From Raillietiella orientalis (Eukaryota), in contig JAYWIR010000026.1 of assembly GCA_036172245.1 (NCBI GenBank), forward strand, positions 2,046,001 to 2,110,000: a DNA stretch of 64,000 nucleotides, given 5' to 3'. The notes below the pieces were generated by a model that saw only the letters and a program-made list of their open reading frames with translations, was not told where the DNA came from and ran no database searches. The translations under genes and the position numbers were made by a program. Below are positions 1 to 12,699 of this stretch, in pieces (the stretch's first letter is position 1; every line of letters starts with the position of its first letter).

Positions 1-382
1 CTCGCGAGGTGCACGCTTGGCCGTTCCATGTTTCATCTGCGTCGCCTGGTTGCGCGTCCGTAGTTCACCTCCTTACTGGTTTCGATCCTCAGGATCTAGC
101 CGTGGTTCCCATAACCATGGGAACCGAGGGGAGGGAGCGATAGACTGGCAAAAAAAAAAAAAAAAAGAGGAACCCCCGGAGTGCCGTGAATCGGTTTTTG
201 TCATTTGTCCTGGAAAACGAGAGCTCGATTGGACTTCCCGCCATTTCGCTCCCTCGACCTCCCCCGCCTTTTCCCCACCCCCGGCGCTCTTCCCTAGGCA
301 GCAGAAAGTAGATAGGATAGGGAGGGAAGGAGAGGGCAGTATCGCTCGGCCCCGTGACGCGCGCGTTTTCTGCGACCTCGCC

Positions 383-412
383 GCACGGCACGGCACGGCA
401 CGGCACGGCACG
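383..412. repeat. (GCACG)6 tandem repeat
   Basis: Six direct copies read from the sequence. Confidence 0.9.
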
Positions 413-1749
413 TCGTTCCGCGGAAGTCCCCTGCTGAGACGGATCGCACGCGCCGGGACGGGAGATGGAATTCTCCCGTGCCTGCGCTCGCCTGCCTCTC
501 CCTCCCTTCCTCCCTCCCTCCTTTGCCCGCCCGCCCGCCTGCCGTCCCTCCTTCCCTCCCTCCATCGCCGTCCTGCATCAAGGGATTCCCCTAGCGCCCC
601 CTCCCTTCCTGCGAACGCCTTTCTCCGGTCGGCCGGCGTCCCCGGAAGGGTGTCCTCCCAAATCCCTCGTGCAGGCGTTGGAAGACTGGCAGCAGCAGGA
701 GCCGTGACTATTTGGGGGGGAGAAGGTAGCCCTCGGCTCGGAGGACAAAATCGATACGGCCTGGACTCTCACATCTGCGTCGCGCCGCGGTACGCGGATT
801 AAGGGGAACGAGTCCCTCTCGGAAAACCGGGATGGGATTGCGCGTTCGTCGACAATTAGCGACCGGAGAGAGAGGGTTTTCCTTTCCCCCGTCGCCCCCT
901 CCTTTCCCCAATCCGATTATCTCCCCGCGGCGGCTCTTGCGCGCGGCCGTTTTGTTTCGTTCCCTCCACCTCACCCCACCCCACCCCACCCTTTTCTTCC
1001 TCCCTCCCTTTCCCCGCCCCCTCATCTCATAGTTCCGCGGGAGAGGTTTTGTGTCCGCGCATTTGCAGCGAGTTGCGTGCCACTCCTCCCGGCTCCTCTT
1101 CACTGCGAGTGGTGCTCATCCCGGGGGAAGCAGACTGGCCGCTCCGATCCGGACGTGGATGAGGGGGGCGTGGGAGTTGCGATGCTCGCCGGAAGCGGTC
1201 TCAAACCAGTCACCACTAGTGGCGCGCTCGTGTTCCACGTCTCTCCTTCCCCCCCCCCCCCACCCTCTTTCTCCTCCGGGACTGCTGCGGCGGTCGCCTT
1301 CGGTGCATTCCGCCTGGTTCCTGCCTTTTCCTCCCCGTACAGCCGTTCCTCCGCGACAAGCGGAGTGCGCACGCTTTCCCGTCCGAGTGCCGGCGGCGCC
1401 GCGTTGCTCGCTCCGCCGGTCGCTTCTCGCACACGTCGTCGTCTTCGCCTCTTTTCCTTGACATCTCCACGGCTGTTTTCTCGTCGCCCCTCTCAACGGC
1501 GCGATGCGCGACGCTCTGCAGTCCCCGTGAGGGGCGCCCGCAGCATCTGCTCCCCGGCACCGCCCTGTTCTTTTCTTTTGCTTTCTTTCTTCCTGCCAAG
1601 GAGGCGAGGAACGGGAGAGGGTCCCGGAGGCAGGGAGACAAGAAACAAACACGCCGTTTCCGCTCTTCTGTTACGCACCCTGCGCGTGCGTCACACAAAG
1701 CCCTGCACTTGTGTCCTTCCCCCCCCTCCCCGCTCTTGGGCAAATGGCG

Positions 1750-3560
1750 CTCCTCCTCCGACATTGGACGCGTGGCTACAGAGGAGGATCAGGGGGGAGG
1801 GGGACCGCGTCTGATGCGGCAATCCTGAGGGATCTCTGGGGATCGTCGGACGCTCGACGGCTGCCTTCCGGGATGCAGCGAGCTCGCAGCTTGCCGGAGA
1901 GCCGCGAGCGAAAGGGGCGGGCGGTTTCCCCATCCCTAAAGAGCCCACCTCTACCTCTTCCCTTTTCCACGCTCTGCGAGGGGCAGCGAAGATGCGGTGA
2001 CCGTGGGAAAACAGCGCTCCGGAAGCTTGGCGGCGTCCGCCCATAGACGGATGTCCTCTTAGAGGACGCAGCTGTCGAATGGGCGTGTAAGCGCACACTC
2101 TTCCTTTCCGGAATGCCCCTCCTTTTCCCGGGAGGTCTCCTCATCGGCGCAGGTAGTGCGGGAGGGGGATCGGAAGGACCACGAAGGTCTCGCGGCCGAG
2201 GAGTTTGCGGGGTCCGGCATCCTCAGCGCGCGATCCCATCAGGGATTGCGCAGCGGAAGAGCGGGGAGAACACGCGTGGAGGGTACTTGGCATCTCTTTG
2301 CTCCCGCTTTTCATTCCCCCTTTTCCCATCTGCGGGGTTGTCCCGGTGGCGTGGGTGAAGGCTCCGGAGTACTACGTTGGCGTTACTCTGGAAAGGACCT
2401 CATCTCCGAGAGGAGAGGGCACACCCGTCGGTCCCATGTCCACCTCCAGCGCACTTGGATACAAGGAAAAGGATTGGTCGGAATTCCCACGGGATCCCTG
2501 CTTCGGAGGGACATGCGAGGGTGGATACTTCCAGGCCTTCGGAGGACTCTTGAATCCGTTGGGAGAGTCGAGAAACATCAGAAGTGGGGAAGGGAGCACC
2601 TTCGTACTCGTTTCTGGGAGGTCAGGATCCGCTCCCAGGAAAAGTCCTTGATGAAATGGGAGGGGAAGGAGGAAGGGGGATTGGTGCCCTCCCTCCAGGA
2701 ATGCGTGTCTTCCGCGCACACACTCTCCTCAGGCCTCTTAGAGGAGGAAGACGGGTGCCCAGCGATGCGACAGGCCCTCTTCCTTGGACGGTGATCCTTT
2801 CCCATTTTCCTCCCTCGTCCCCGATCCCAGCGTTCTCCGAATCGGCTTTTCGCGAACCTTCCTCTCTCCTCTCGCTCGCGGGAGCGCCGAGTCGTACTCT
2901 CGGGGACGGACTCGGCAGCTCGGGGAAAAACACGGGAGAAGAAGAAAAAACAATCATCCGCATGAAAGATTTAGCAGGAGGTCCCTCTCTCCCCTCCCCC
3001 CACTCAGACATGCTCCGAGCAAGCAGGAATTCGCAGATGCGGGGCGCCGCTCTCAGAGTATCGAGTTGGCTGGGAAAGGAAAGGGAGACAGGTCTCCTGG
3101 TCTCAGGAACCACCGCTAGTTGGGCTTCTGGGATGGTGCAATCGAAACTGCCACCTTCCCATGCCCCTTCCTTCAGGGGGAGTGTTTTGTTGGAGCTTCA
3201 TTTCTTAGCAGTTTCCGGAGAAGACTTTTTCGTCTTCTCTCTTCCTTCCATAGGCGACAGAAAGGAAGGGGGTGGGGCGGGAGTGGCCCGAGAAACCCTC
3301 ACCACCTTCTCCTCAGCTCGCCATCTCTTTCGGCTGTGCATCCCCTTCTTTCTCTTCCTCTCCCCCCTCCGAAGCTCCAGGGAATCGCCGCCGCCGCCGC
3401 CATCCAGAAACGCCACCTTTCCGTCGTAGGGTGGGCACCGCCCCACCTTGCCCTTTCTTCTCCAGCGGATATCCCGCGCAGAAAGACTTCCAGACTTGCT
3501 GGAAACACGTCGCGGCGACCAGCTAAGCTCTCGAGCGAGAATCGAGGTGGTTCCCTTGGC
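1750..3560 (+). mobile_element. Decayed non-LTR retrotransposon (LINE) relic, RT + RNase H
   Basis: Ordered, frameshifted motif remnants: DRV*..AILRDL (FDRVWH..LL), VAWVKAPEYYVGVTLE (YLGVTLD), EGGLVPSLQE, FFVFSLPSIGDRKEGGGAGVARE (WVPSH.GI.GNE.AD). Boundaries approximate. Confidence 0.55.
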
Positions 3561-5569
3561 TCCTGCCGTCTGCCCCCTTATCTTATCGCTCTCGGGCTCT
3601 CAGCTCGCGGTGTTTGCTTTGTCTGGTGTTCCGGTCGCCGACTTCCCGGCCGACCCACAAGGCCGCACGGGAACGGCGCTCGCAGTGCAAGTTAATCACC
3701 TCCAGGGACTTCGGGAGGAACGAAGGGGGGACCGTGCGTGCCCCCCCCCCTGCCCCCTCCCGCTTCATTCTCCCCTGCTTTTCTCTTCCTGTCGTCGTCT
3801 TTTCCTGAAGCGTCGGCCTTTCGCTCCGCCCCGCCCCTGAAGTGTGCCCTCGCGCTCCTCTGTGCTCTCCCCCCCCCCCCCGCTCGTGATCCCGAGGGCC
3901 TTTGCCCCACGCGTTCCGTACATATCGCGAGTGCCGTAGCGCAGCGGGCATCTCCGCGGTCCAGAGCGCGCGCACGGGCGAAGCCCCTCTTCCTCCTTTT
4001 CTCTCTCTCCTCCCTTCCTGTCGTTCCCGAAACTTTCGAGGAAACCTCGCCGGTTCACGCGCCGCCATGCGCCTCTTTTGGAACGCATAGGGGAGCGGCC
4101 GCACCCGGAAAGTCGGAGAAGGTGGTGGTGGTTTTGGGGTCCTCGCTCCTCTCCTCGCGGGGTTTCGCCATCCTTCCTCCGCTGCGCAGATCCTCGGACC
4201 TTTTCTGGAGTGCCACGGTGATATGACTCATAGCAAGTGGAGGGTGCCCGCGGGGGCCAACTCCGATTGGGTTGCCTCGCTGCGCCGGTTGCTGCTTCTC
4301 CTACTCCGAGGTTGAACCAGTTCCCTCGCTCTCCTTCCCATTTCCTTCTGCTTCTCACAGTGCGTAGGGACTCTCAGGCAATGTGGGCGGCGCTTTCCTG
4401 AGGTCTCCCCTCACCTTTCCTTCTTCCCCCTCCAACTTTCTCTGCTGCAATCTCCTGGCCCGAAAGCCTCTCGCGAGACGGGCTATAGCGTGCACGTGTG
4501 GTTGCCTCCCGGAAGGATGACTCGGGCGGAGGGAGGAGCGGCGGTTGCGGTTGCAGGACCCATCGAAGACTTCGCGGAAGCTGCGCGCGCGCGCGCGTTC
4601 CGTACGATTTCGCTCTCTCTCCTCCACACACCATGCCCGCCTGCATATCTGCCCCCGGGACCATCGCCTTCTCTGCTGCGCATCCTCCCGTTCGGGTGCC
4701 ACCACCGGGGATGACGTCATGGAGGGCGGCCTGCGTCGCCTCCTTGCTGGCGAGGGGATTAGAAAGCACGTTCTGGCACCCACGCACGCACTCCCGCGTC
4801 TCTTCAGCTGAGAAGGGATCCGCGTCGTGCGTCAGGAGGGGGAGCTTGAGGAGGAAGAGGGGAGCTCGGTGCGAAGGCGCTCCCCCCTCCACGGAGTAGG
4901 AAGGGGGGAGGAGGAGGAGGAGGGCGCTCGCGTGCCTCATGCCCTACTGCTAACCTTGCCATGTCGTTTTAGGAAACGGAAGCGAAGCTCGCAGCTGGGA
5001 AAGAGATCGACGCAGCATCCGGTAAGCATTTCCTGTGGTGAGGGAGTCTTTTCGGAGCACGGCCGCTGCCGCCGCGTGTCTCTTATGTTTCTTCTTTCGG
5101 ATGTCCCGATCGCGATGTGACGGTAACGGAGCTCCACTCGTGGAGAGTCCCCTCGTGGCGGACTTGGAGGGAGCACCGACGAGGATGAAAAGCGCGAAGG
5201 AACCCGCGGATGGCTCTGGTGCGATTCTTTTGATCGCTGCGCACGCGCTCGGTCAGGAGCAACGAATAGCCCAGAGATTGGGGGACGTTAATGCACGGAT
5301 GCGTGCGATTGGCCCACGCCTCGTGGTGGTGGTCGGGTGAGTGGGGGGGTGCATGGATGGGTGGCGGCGGTGTGAGGGCTCCGGAACTGCACGCGTGCGC
5401 GCGCGGTCCCGCTTTCCTCTCCCACTCTTGCTTCTTTCTGGATGCGAGGGGGAGCGTCCGTGTTGGTCACCCTGCGCATCCGCCAGTCGCCATCCTGTGG
5501 AGCTCCTGCTGCTGCAGCTGCGCACATCTAGTTGCTGGCGGTGATGCTGCTGCCGTGCTGCTTTGTATC

Positions 5570-5930
5570 GGAGTGCGTCATGCTTTCGGAAAAGCGGGAA
5601 GGAAAGAACGGAGCGGAGAGAAATCGATCACCACCACCCGGGCGAGGTGGTGCCGCCCGAAGGTTCTGAAAAGCTCCCGTCGGAGGGCGGCTGCATCTTT
5701 CCCTGGATATTCGACTTTTCTCTCCCTCCCCCCTCACCCCACCTGGCTCTCCGCAGGATGCTCGCCCAGCGATATGGGGCCGGCGGAAGGCTGTCTCCCT
5801 CCCTTCTTCCTCCTTCTTTTCTCTCTCCTTGTCCCGCTTCGGGATGCGCGGCGACCTCCTACCAGGAGTTCGCTCGCCCGTCGCCGGTGCTCTGGGCTGC
5901 GTCTTGCATGCTCGCGATTAACGCAATGCA
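5570..5930 (+). mobile_element. Decayed LINE RT N-terminal fragment
   Basis: HPGEVVPPEGSEKLPSEGGCIFPWIFDFSL (PGPDGIP.E.LK..L..IFN.SL) then TSYQEFARPS (SYRPISL). Confidence 0.4.
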
Positions 5931-5969
5931 TGCGATGTCGAGACGAGACGCACTGAGTGGCGCGAGCTG

Positions 5970-6460
5970 ACCTTCGTAGCCATTAAAAAGCGAGTACGCT
6001 GGGGCCGAGGTCTTTCTTCCCCTTCCCCGTATGGGCGCCTGTGTGATGAGGAGGTCGAGCAGCATCCGTGACAAGGCGCCCGGTCGTTGGATCCTCCAGG
6101 TCGCCGCTGAAGGGAGGCTGACCTTGAAATCACTTCGAGGACGGGACATCACGTCCGCACGCGAGCGAGGGGTCACTAGGGGTGCGTTCGTTGTCTGGGT
6201 ACGCGAGAGTGTAGGTGCGAAAGGGAACAGCCACTCTAGCGCGCGCGCGCACGGTGACCGGCCGTTTCTCCCAGGCGGTGTTTGCTCGCGATGTCCGCAC
6301 CTACCAGACAAGAGTCGAGAGGGACGCCAGGATGTCCCGGCAGAAGTGCCAGGGTGGCTTGGAGGTCAGGCCGAGGCGTCATCCAGCTGGCGGTGTAGAT
6401 GAAAGGCTGGCTCTGGGTGGGATCGTCTTGTTCTTGCGGCGTCTCCGTCGTTGACCGGCA
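5970..6460 (-). mobile_element. Decayed LINE RT thumb fragment
   Basis: GHPGVPLDSCLVGADI (LGV.LDS.L.W..HI) followed by VMSRPRSDF (VRSRLDY-like). Confidence 0.4.
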
Positions 6461-6879
6461 GTGAGTCGAGAAGATGGAAGGGAGGGCGTGGGTGGATGCC
6501 GTGCCTCGGGCTCGTTTCTGACGGCGGCGGCACGGTTTCTTTTCTTTCGTTCTTTCATTTCTGTGTTTTTTTTTTTTTTTTTTTCTTTCGTGACTCGCGT
6601 TCTCTCCTGCCCTTCCCACCACGTGTTTTCGGTCCCTTTCCCAAGGCGACGCCTCTCGAAGCAGGTGACGTCGTCTCGTTGAGACCGAATGTCAGATGGT
6701 AACCCTTCCGGGAGTATGGGTTCGATCGCGTTCGTGTGCTCCTCCCGACGCGGTCTTGCGTGGCAGGGAAGCATCCCGCGCGGAAGAAACGGTGCCTCCG
6801 CCGTCGTCCCGAAGACATCTTCGTGTGGGGAAGGGAAGGGGGAATTTTCTTGCCGGCCTCTGTAACTTTCTCCTTCCTT

Positions 6880-8790
6880 TTCTCCCGTCGCAGCAGTAGC
6901 GCGCAGATTCTGTCCACTATTGGGCCACAGGTGGAGGCAGCGCTGCGATGCGAATCCCTGGCTCCAGGCATTGCGGAAGACGGGAATCATTCAGAGGACG
7001 TCCCCCCCCCCCCCTTGCTTTCTTTCTCTTCGGACATCGCGCTTTCGCCTCTTCCTCTTTGGGGTCCATAGGTCCGGAGCAGAGATCTTCCGGAGATGTT
7101 CTCTCCCTCCCCCTCCTCCTCCTCCATGTGACTTTTCCACATAGGGCATCCTGAGGAGGAAGAGTTGCAGCGGCAGCAAAGTTTTCTCTTTGGCGCGGCT
7201 GCTCGTGGGTCTCTCGGGGTCGAGCAGGCATTCTTCCGAGTCTGTTTGCTTCCCCTCCGTACGTCTGGTCTTCCGGAGACCCTCTGGAGGCCGAGATGGT
7301 GAACGGTACCACGCCCTCGTCGGGCGCCGATTGCCCTCCCGTCTGCGCTCCGTTTCTTCTTCTCGCACCGAGAGTATCCAAGTCTCAGAGGTCTCGAGCG
7401 GTGAAGGGGGGGGGGGGGGAGAGAGAAGATGGCGGAGAGTTTCGCAAGAAACCGCCTCTGGCTGTTCACTCTCTGGATGGCTGCTGGACAGAGCGCATGG
7501 GCATTTCTGGGTCTGTGGGGACAGGAGACTGAGGAAATGGAGGCTGGGGAGGACCGATGTCAGGACCACCAGTCTTCATCCGTCTGTCCTCGGTCGCTCC
7601 TCGATGATTCAGGACGCGAAGGAGTGCAAGTGGTGTGCAAGCGGGCAGTGGAGTCGTCTCCAGGGGTGACTGGAGCAAATCTTGAACTAATGCTGTGCTT
7701 TCAGAGGATGCAGCGAACTCCATCGGATGGGGCAACTTCTCCTACGGTCTCAAGAAGTGTTCCATCGTCAAGGACTCTTCCGCCAAGGTAACCCCACCTC
7801 TTCGCCGTATGCTGCCGTTCATTAGGACGGTGAGGGGGGGGAGATAGAGAGAGGGCGAGTGGGAGGGGGGCTTTGGGAGAGAGAAGAGTCGGCGTGATGG
7901 CGTGTGCCCCCGGATTCCGTCCACTTTCCCCCTCCCTTTCTCCCCGTTCGCAGCAGGCAGTGGTTTCCCCCCACCCCGCCCCCGTCTCCCTCATCTCCTT
8001 CCGCGTGACGGGAGGGCGTCGTTCGCCGCCGTTGTTTCCTTAGCAACGACGCGTCGTCTCTCCGGAGACGGAAGCTGGGGGAGAAACATTTCTCTGCCTC
8101 GTCGAGATGTAACAGCCGTAACGATTGGCCGAGACGGGTTTCCCTTCGGCCGATGATTGCTTCTTGCGTGGAATAACCATAGTAACGGCTTTTCCCGTTC
8201 AGCAGGAGATGTTTCCTCCGGTTGGTTTCTGTCGTGAACTCCAGAGATCGATAATTCCTTCGCGGGGAAGCGAGGCTTCCCGATCCCAACCAAACCCCCT
8301 GTGTTCCTCCGGGATATCGCGTTCCCTGCGGGATGACAGGGGAAGAAGAAGTAGAAAACACGCATGCACGGACGCACGCATGCAGGCGCGCACGCGAGAT
8401 ACCATGCGGCGCGGGTGCAGGCAGCAACCGTGGTCCTTTTCTCCACTTCATGAAGGTTGTCCTCTGAAGCGCAAATCCCTGGTACGCGGCTTGGACGACC
8501 CTTCGATCCCCGCGCTCAGCTTCCTTCTCTCTCCAAACCCTTACATCCCGGAGGACCCACTTGAATCTCCTAGTTTCATTAAATGGGGGAAACACCGCAG
8601 AGTTGTGTTGTGCGCAGGAGACCTCAAAGACCAATGCCCGGATGCTTCACTTGGAGTCCAGGGACGCGATTTCAGGGCGCGGGAAACGCGCCCTACTGCT
8701 TCCGAGAGGAACCACGCAGCGTACTGGTCGTGTCATCACCACTGCTGGTGGGCTGCCACCATTTCCTCTCTGCGATGTCCGGGCAAATGA
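6880..8790 (-). mobile_element. Decayed LINE relic, RT
   Basis: SPRRNYRSLEFTT (NYRPISLTS), GV..GRVL..TLL near 7790 (GVPQGSVLSPTLF), PGDDS (YADD), LSPQTQKC (NP.KT/C), in the expected order. Confidence 0.5.
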
Positions 8791-9442
8791 GGGCGGGTGT
8801 CGTCGTCCGGCGACTCCTGGCGAACGATTCTTCCCTCCCCCTCCTCCAGATCGGAGCATGGTCCCCCCCCCCCCTCAGATGGCCTACGAGGATGTGTGCG
8901 CGCTAGTCCGGGTGCCCTTCGCATCGGCTCTCCGCATCATCCCGTGCGATGGCTCGCGCCACGTGACCCCCTTTCAACTGGGAAGGCCTTTTCGTTGTTG
9001 TCGTTTTTCCGTTTTTTTATTTATGCATCTTGGGTGATCCTTCCCTGTAGCGGGGGGCGCATTTTTCTCGTTCCCGGAAGTCCCTTGGCCGAATGCCTGT
9101 TCCCACGGGAGCGTGGCTTTGGCTCCCTGAGTGGCTTTGGGTTTCCCGCAGTCGCGCGCCCCGCCTCCCAACGAGGAACCGAGAGCGAACGCGGCCTGGT
9201 AAATTCTCTGCCGACGCGGTTCTCCCCATTCCTCTTCCCGTTCTGTCCTCCCCATCCTTTTTCTTCCTTCGTCGTCTTCTTTTGCGCGTTTGCCCCGTCG
9301 TCTCCTTTTGCTGCCACCGACCGGGATCGATCCCGCGCGATCGTTCCCCGTCGCTCGGTGGGGCGACCTTCCTCCCACCCCTTTGCCGCTCTTTTTTCCT
9401 CGCTCATGATTCGTGTGCGCTCATGCAACCCTGTCTTTCCAG

Positions 9443-9595
9443 AGTCCTTGCAGCGTTCCCCACAGTCAGGGGGATGTTCCCTCGGAAGACGCGTCCTCGA
9501 ACGGAGCCAAGGATGACGACGACGACGACGACGACGATTCCGACGACAAGATCGACGCCCAGCATTACGACCCCGAGAGGCTCAAGGCCTTTAAC
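9443..9595 (+). CDS. NOL4: NOL4-like exon (poly-Asp, DPERLKAFN)
   Basis: Acceptor tttccag ending 9442, donor gtatgt at 9596. The 5' boundary is less certain because other AGs lie nearby. Confidence 0.8.
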
Positions 9596-10983
9596 GTATG
9601 TACCCCGTGGGAGCGATAGGAGAAGGGAGGGGAAGGGAAGGGACCTGGAACCGACGGCATCCCTTTTTTCTCCCTTCTTACCTTTCCGGTGCGTGCCAGC
9701 AGCTCCTCCGCGCAGCGGCAGGTCTGCGCGCGCGCGCTGCGGACCAACCTCCGGGCAGTCCAGGAAGCGGCGCGCTTCGTGCGTGGGCATGCCAGCCGCC
9801 CCGCGGGAGGTGGCCGAGGAAAGGGGTAGGGAGGATGCTGGGACGGTGCTCCGGGATGCGCTCCCGAATCCCTGGGAGGGGGAGAGGGAACTGCCTGTCG
9901 TCGCCTCACCGGTCCTCTCCGCGCAGATGTTCGTCCGGCTGTTCGTCGACGAGAATTTGGACCGGATCGTCCCCATTTCCAAGCAGCCCAAGGAGAAAAT
10001 CCAGGCCATCATCGACTCCTGCAACCGGCAGTTCCCCGAGTTCGCGGAGAGGGCGCGGAAGAGGATCAGGACGTACCTGAAGTCTTGTCGCAGGAACAAG
10101 AGGACCCGAGAGCAGAACGGTCTCGAGTTGGTAAGGACGCGAGCTTTTTGCCCGCGGGCGCGCGGCGGCGACGACGGCGACGGCGACGGCAGCAGCGCGC
10201 GGCGGCGGCGGCTGTGCTCAGCGTGGACGCGGCGAGGTCGTCGTGCGCGCGCGCGCGACCAGGGAAGGGAAGGGGAGAGCGATGCTGGAGCCCCTCTTCC
10301 CTATCGGCGGTGTTCACGGAGGTTCCTGTTTCCAGTCCAGGCCGACCCCGCCTCACCTGACGTCCATCCAAGCCGAACAGATCTTGGCCCACGCCTGCGA
10401 CAACGAGAGCGAGAACGCGAAGCGCATGCGGATGGGCCTGGAACCCCTGGCCCAGCCCTTCCCCGCTCTTCCTTCCGGGGTACGTTGGACCTGCGAGCAG
10501 CCTGGGGAAGGGGCACGCTCCCCTTCCTTTCCCCAGCATCCCGTGGGTGTGGAGCGGTTTCCAAGTGATAAGGACAGCAGGATCTTGTCGCCTCCAGTCG
10601 TCGCCCCCAGCGTGAAGGTGGAAGGCGCCCCCACCCTGAACGGTCACCCAGCCTCTTTCCCCACTATGAAACCCTCCTTCACGACGACGACGACCACGAC
10701 GGCAACGGGGGCGTACCAGCGGGAAAGCGCCACGGGCGCCATCCTGACCAAAAACAGCGGCAGCAAGCAGTCGTCGCCTGGCCTCCCCCTCCCCCCCGGC
10801 GGCGGCGACCTCGCCCCAGACTCTTCCGAAACGAGCAGCAGCAGCAGGCGCGTCTGCAAGACGAACTTGAGCGCCGGAGAGGTGGCTGCGGTCCGGCAGC
10901 TGATCACCGGCTACCGAGAGTCTGCTGCTTTCCTGCTGCGCTCCGCGGAGGAATTGGAACAGCTCCTGTCGAGCCAGCGCTGA
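9443..10983 (+). CDS. NOL4: Nucleolar protein 4 (NOL4/NOL4L)-like gene, 3' exons (5' exons not found, probably upstream of window)
   Basis: Exons 9443-9595, 9927-10130, 10336-10983 join in phase 0 with GT-AG introns (possible extra 57-nt intron 10480-10536). Product has poly-Asp then [65 protein letters not shown]..|[10 protein letters not shown] and C-terminal [34 protein letters not shown], which are recognised NOL4-family motifs. Confidence 0.93.
9927..10130 (+). CDS. NOL4: NOL4-like exon ([13 protein letters not shown]...NGLEL)
   Basis: Acceptor gcag ending 9926, donor gtaagg at 10131; 204 nt, 68 codons. Confidence 0.92.
10336..10983 (+). CDS. NOL4: NOL4-like terminal exon
   Basis: Acceptor tttccag ending 10335; [10 protein letters not shown]...[24 protein letters not shown]. 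Confidence 0.88.
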   Translation, partial: SRPTPPHLTSIQAEQILAHACDNESENAKRMRMGLEPLAQPFPALPSGVRWTCEQPGEGARSPSFPQHPVGVERFPSDKDSRILSPPVVAPSVKVEGAPTLNGHPASFPTMKPSFTTTTTTTATGAYQRESATGAILTKNSGSKQSSPGLPLPPGGGDLAPDSSETSSSSRRVCKTNLSAGEVAAVRQLITGYRESAAFLLRSAEELEQLLSSQR

Positions 10984-11427
10984 CCTCTTCCCCGCTCCCC
11001 ACTCCCGCCTAGCCTCTGCCGCTCGCCCCCCTTTCCCGGTCGACGAGAAGTGTCCGAGGGACTCGGCCACCCACCCCCATTCGATCTGCCCCTTGCTGCG
11101 GCCAGATCGCCAGCCAGCGATGGAACACACACGATCCAGATCGTCGCGCGCGAGCCGGAAGAAGGAAAAGCGGCCAGCAGCCATCCCGGCGCGGACCCTG
11201 GACACCCGTGCAATACTTCAGCGCCAGCCCCTTCCTTTGGTTTTTTCCATCTACGTCGCTCCCGCCCTGCCCAGAAGAAGAACCGCCTGTGTCTCTCACT
11301 TTCGGCAGTCTCGTTCGTGTCTCCATGCATTCCAGTGTTTCGTCTATGCCCATGGTTCGTATTCTGCATCTGGCGGTACGTGCGGTCCACGCAGAGGAAA
11401 CGCGAGTTCCTACGCATTGTGATTGGC

Positions 11428-11433
11428 AATAAA
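11428..11433 (+). promoter_or_regulatory. Putative polyadenylation signal of NOL4-like gene
   Basis: AATAAA ~445 nt after the stop codon in otherwise GC-rich DNA. Confidence 0.5.
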
Positions 11434-12699
11434 GATATTTCGATTTTGCATCGCCAGCCAGGTTTCTTCCCGTCCGTCTCCACGGAGACCGCCTCTCCGC
11501 GGCCCTTCGCGCGCGCGGGTGTTGTTGTCCCGGACGCGCGGGGAAGAGGGAGGACGTCGTCTCTGACGGTTACCGGCTCGCCGGGCAACAGCTTCTGCGC
11601 CTCCCCTTTCTCTCTCCTCCTCCTTTTCCCACCTATCGGCACACGGGGAGGCTGTGTGTACGAATCTCCGGGAGTCTTTTGCGTTGGATTTCTCCAGGTG
11701 GCCGACGTAGCAGGTGGCGTCGTGGGACTCCTCCTCCATCAGCTTCCCCCCCCCCCCGCCCCCCATTTTCCTCGTTCCATTCGCGCGCATGTGCTGATGC
11801 TATTGGCACCGGCAGCACCCACTATACCAAAGAGGATCGGTAGGGTTGGCTCGGGAAGCAGCCCACGCTCCCCGGGACCATTCCCCTTCTTTTGAACCGG
11901 CGGCGGGGGCAGAGGGGGAATTCGAACGCGGCGGCCAAAGCAATCCGTGTGGTCACGCGCCGCCGGCATCGCACCGGCGCGCGTGCTCTCCACCGTCCCT
12001 CGGCGCCCTCCGATAGGGAGGACGGAGATCCGACGACGCGTCTTTTCCCAGCAGCACCGTCCGGCCCGCCTCTCGGCTTTCCGCCCGCCGCGGCACGGCG
12101 GTGCAGCGCGGCGACTTCGCCCCTTCCTGCGAGCGGTACGCTCCGGATTTCGTTTCCTCTCTCTCTCTCTCTCTCTCCTCCCTCCCCGCCGCATGCGCAC
12201 GGAGGCTGGAGGGGAGTGGGGGGGGGGGAAGAGGAGGAGAAGGTGTGCGCGGTCGATGTTGGCAGGAGCAACGCTCTTTGTTCTCCGCTAGGGGCGGCCC
12301 GTCGCAGTAATGCCGGGCCCACACGAAAACGAGGTCGGGAGGTCTCCGCAGGCTGCGAACCGTCTCCGCGCCTTCTGCCGCCGCCGGACGACCATCACCA
12401 GCGCGTTCCTCCTCCACCCTTTACCCTCTCGTCCCCTTCCCCGCACCACACGCCTGCGCCCATTGCTCCCAACTCGGGCGCGCCTCCTTCCGTTGGCTCC
12501 CGGTGCAAGGCGCGCAGCCTCCGATGGAGTGTGCGGGCGGCCAAATGCCGCCGAGTTCAGATCGTGCCCGCGCAGCTCCCGGCCGTCTTTCGCCCCGGGC
12601 GTGCGCGCGTGCCTGCTCCTCTCTCCCCTCCCTCCCCCGCTGCAAAGGGGGAACGCTGCAGCGATCCGGCAGCAGGTGGGAAGAGGAGCCGGTCCATCG

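Noticed and set aside
17..166. tRNA-derived SINE (GGTTTCGATCC plus A-tail)
   Set aside because: The B-box-like match is imperfect, there is no convincing A box or TSD, and no second copy was seen in the window.
5563..5970. ORF with MYR.. and FDFSLP as an upstream NOL4 exon
   Set aside because: Fits LINE RT N-terminal motifs better; NOL4 N-terminal motifs (YGDSGKTK, HAGQKRTY) were not found in the window.
9093..10568. 491-aa ORF as a single-exon gene
   Set aside because: Only 9927-10130 is NOL4-like; the rest is intron read-through or out of frame.
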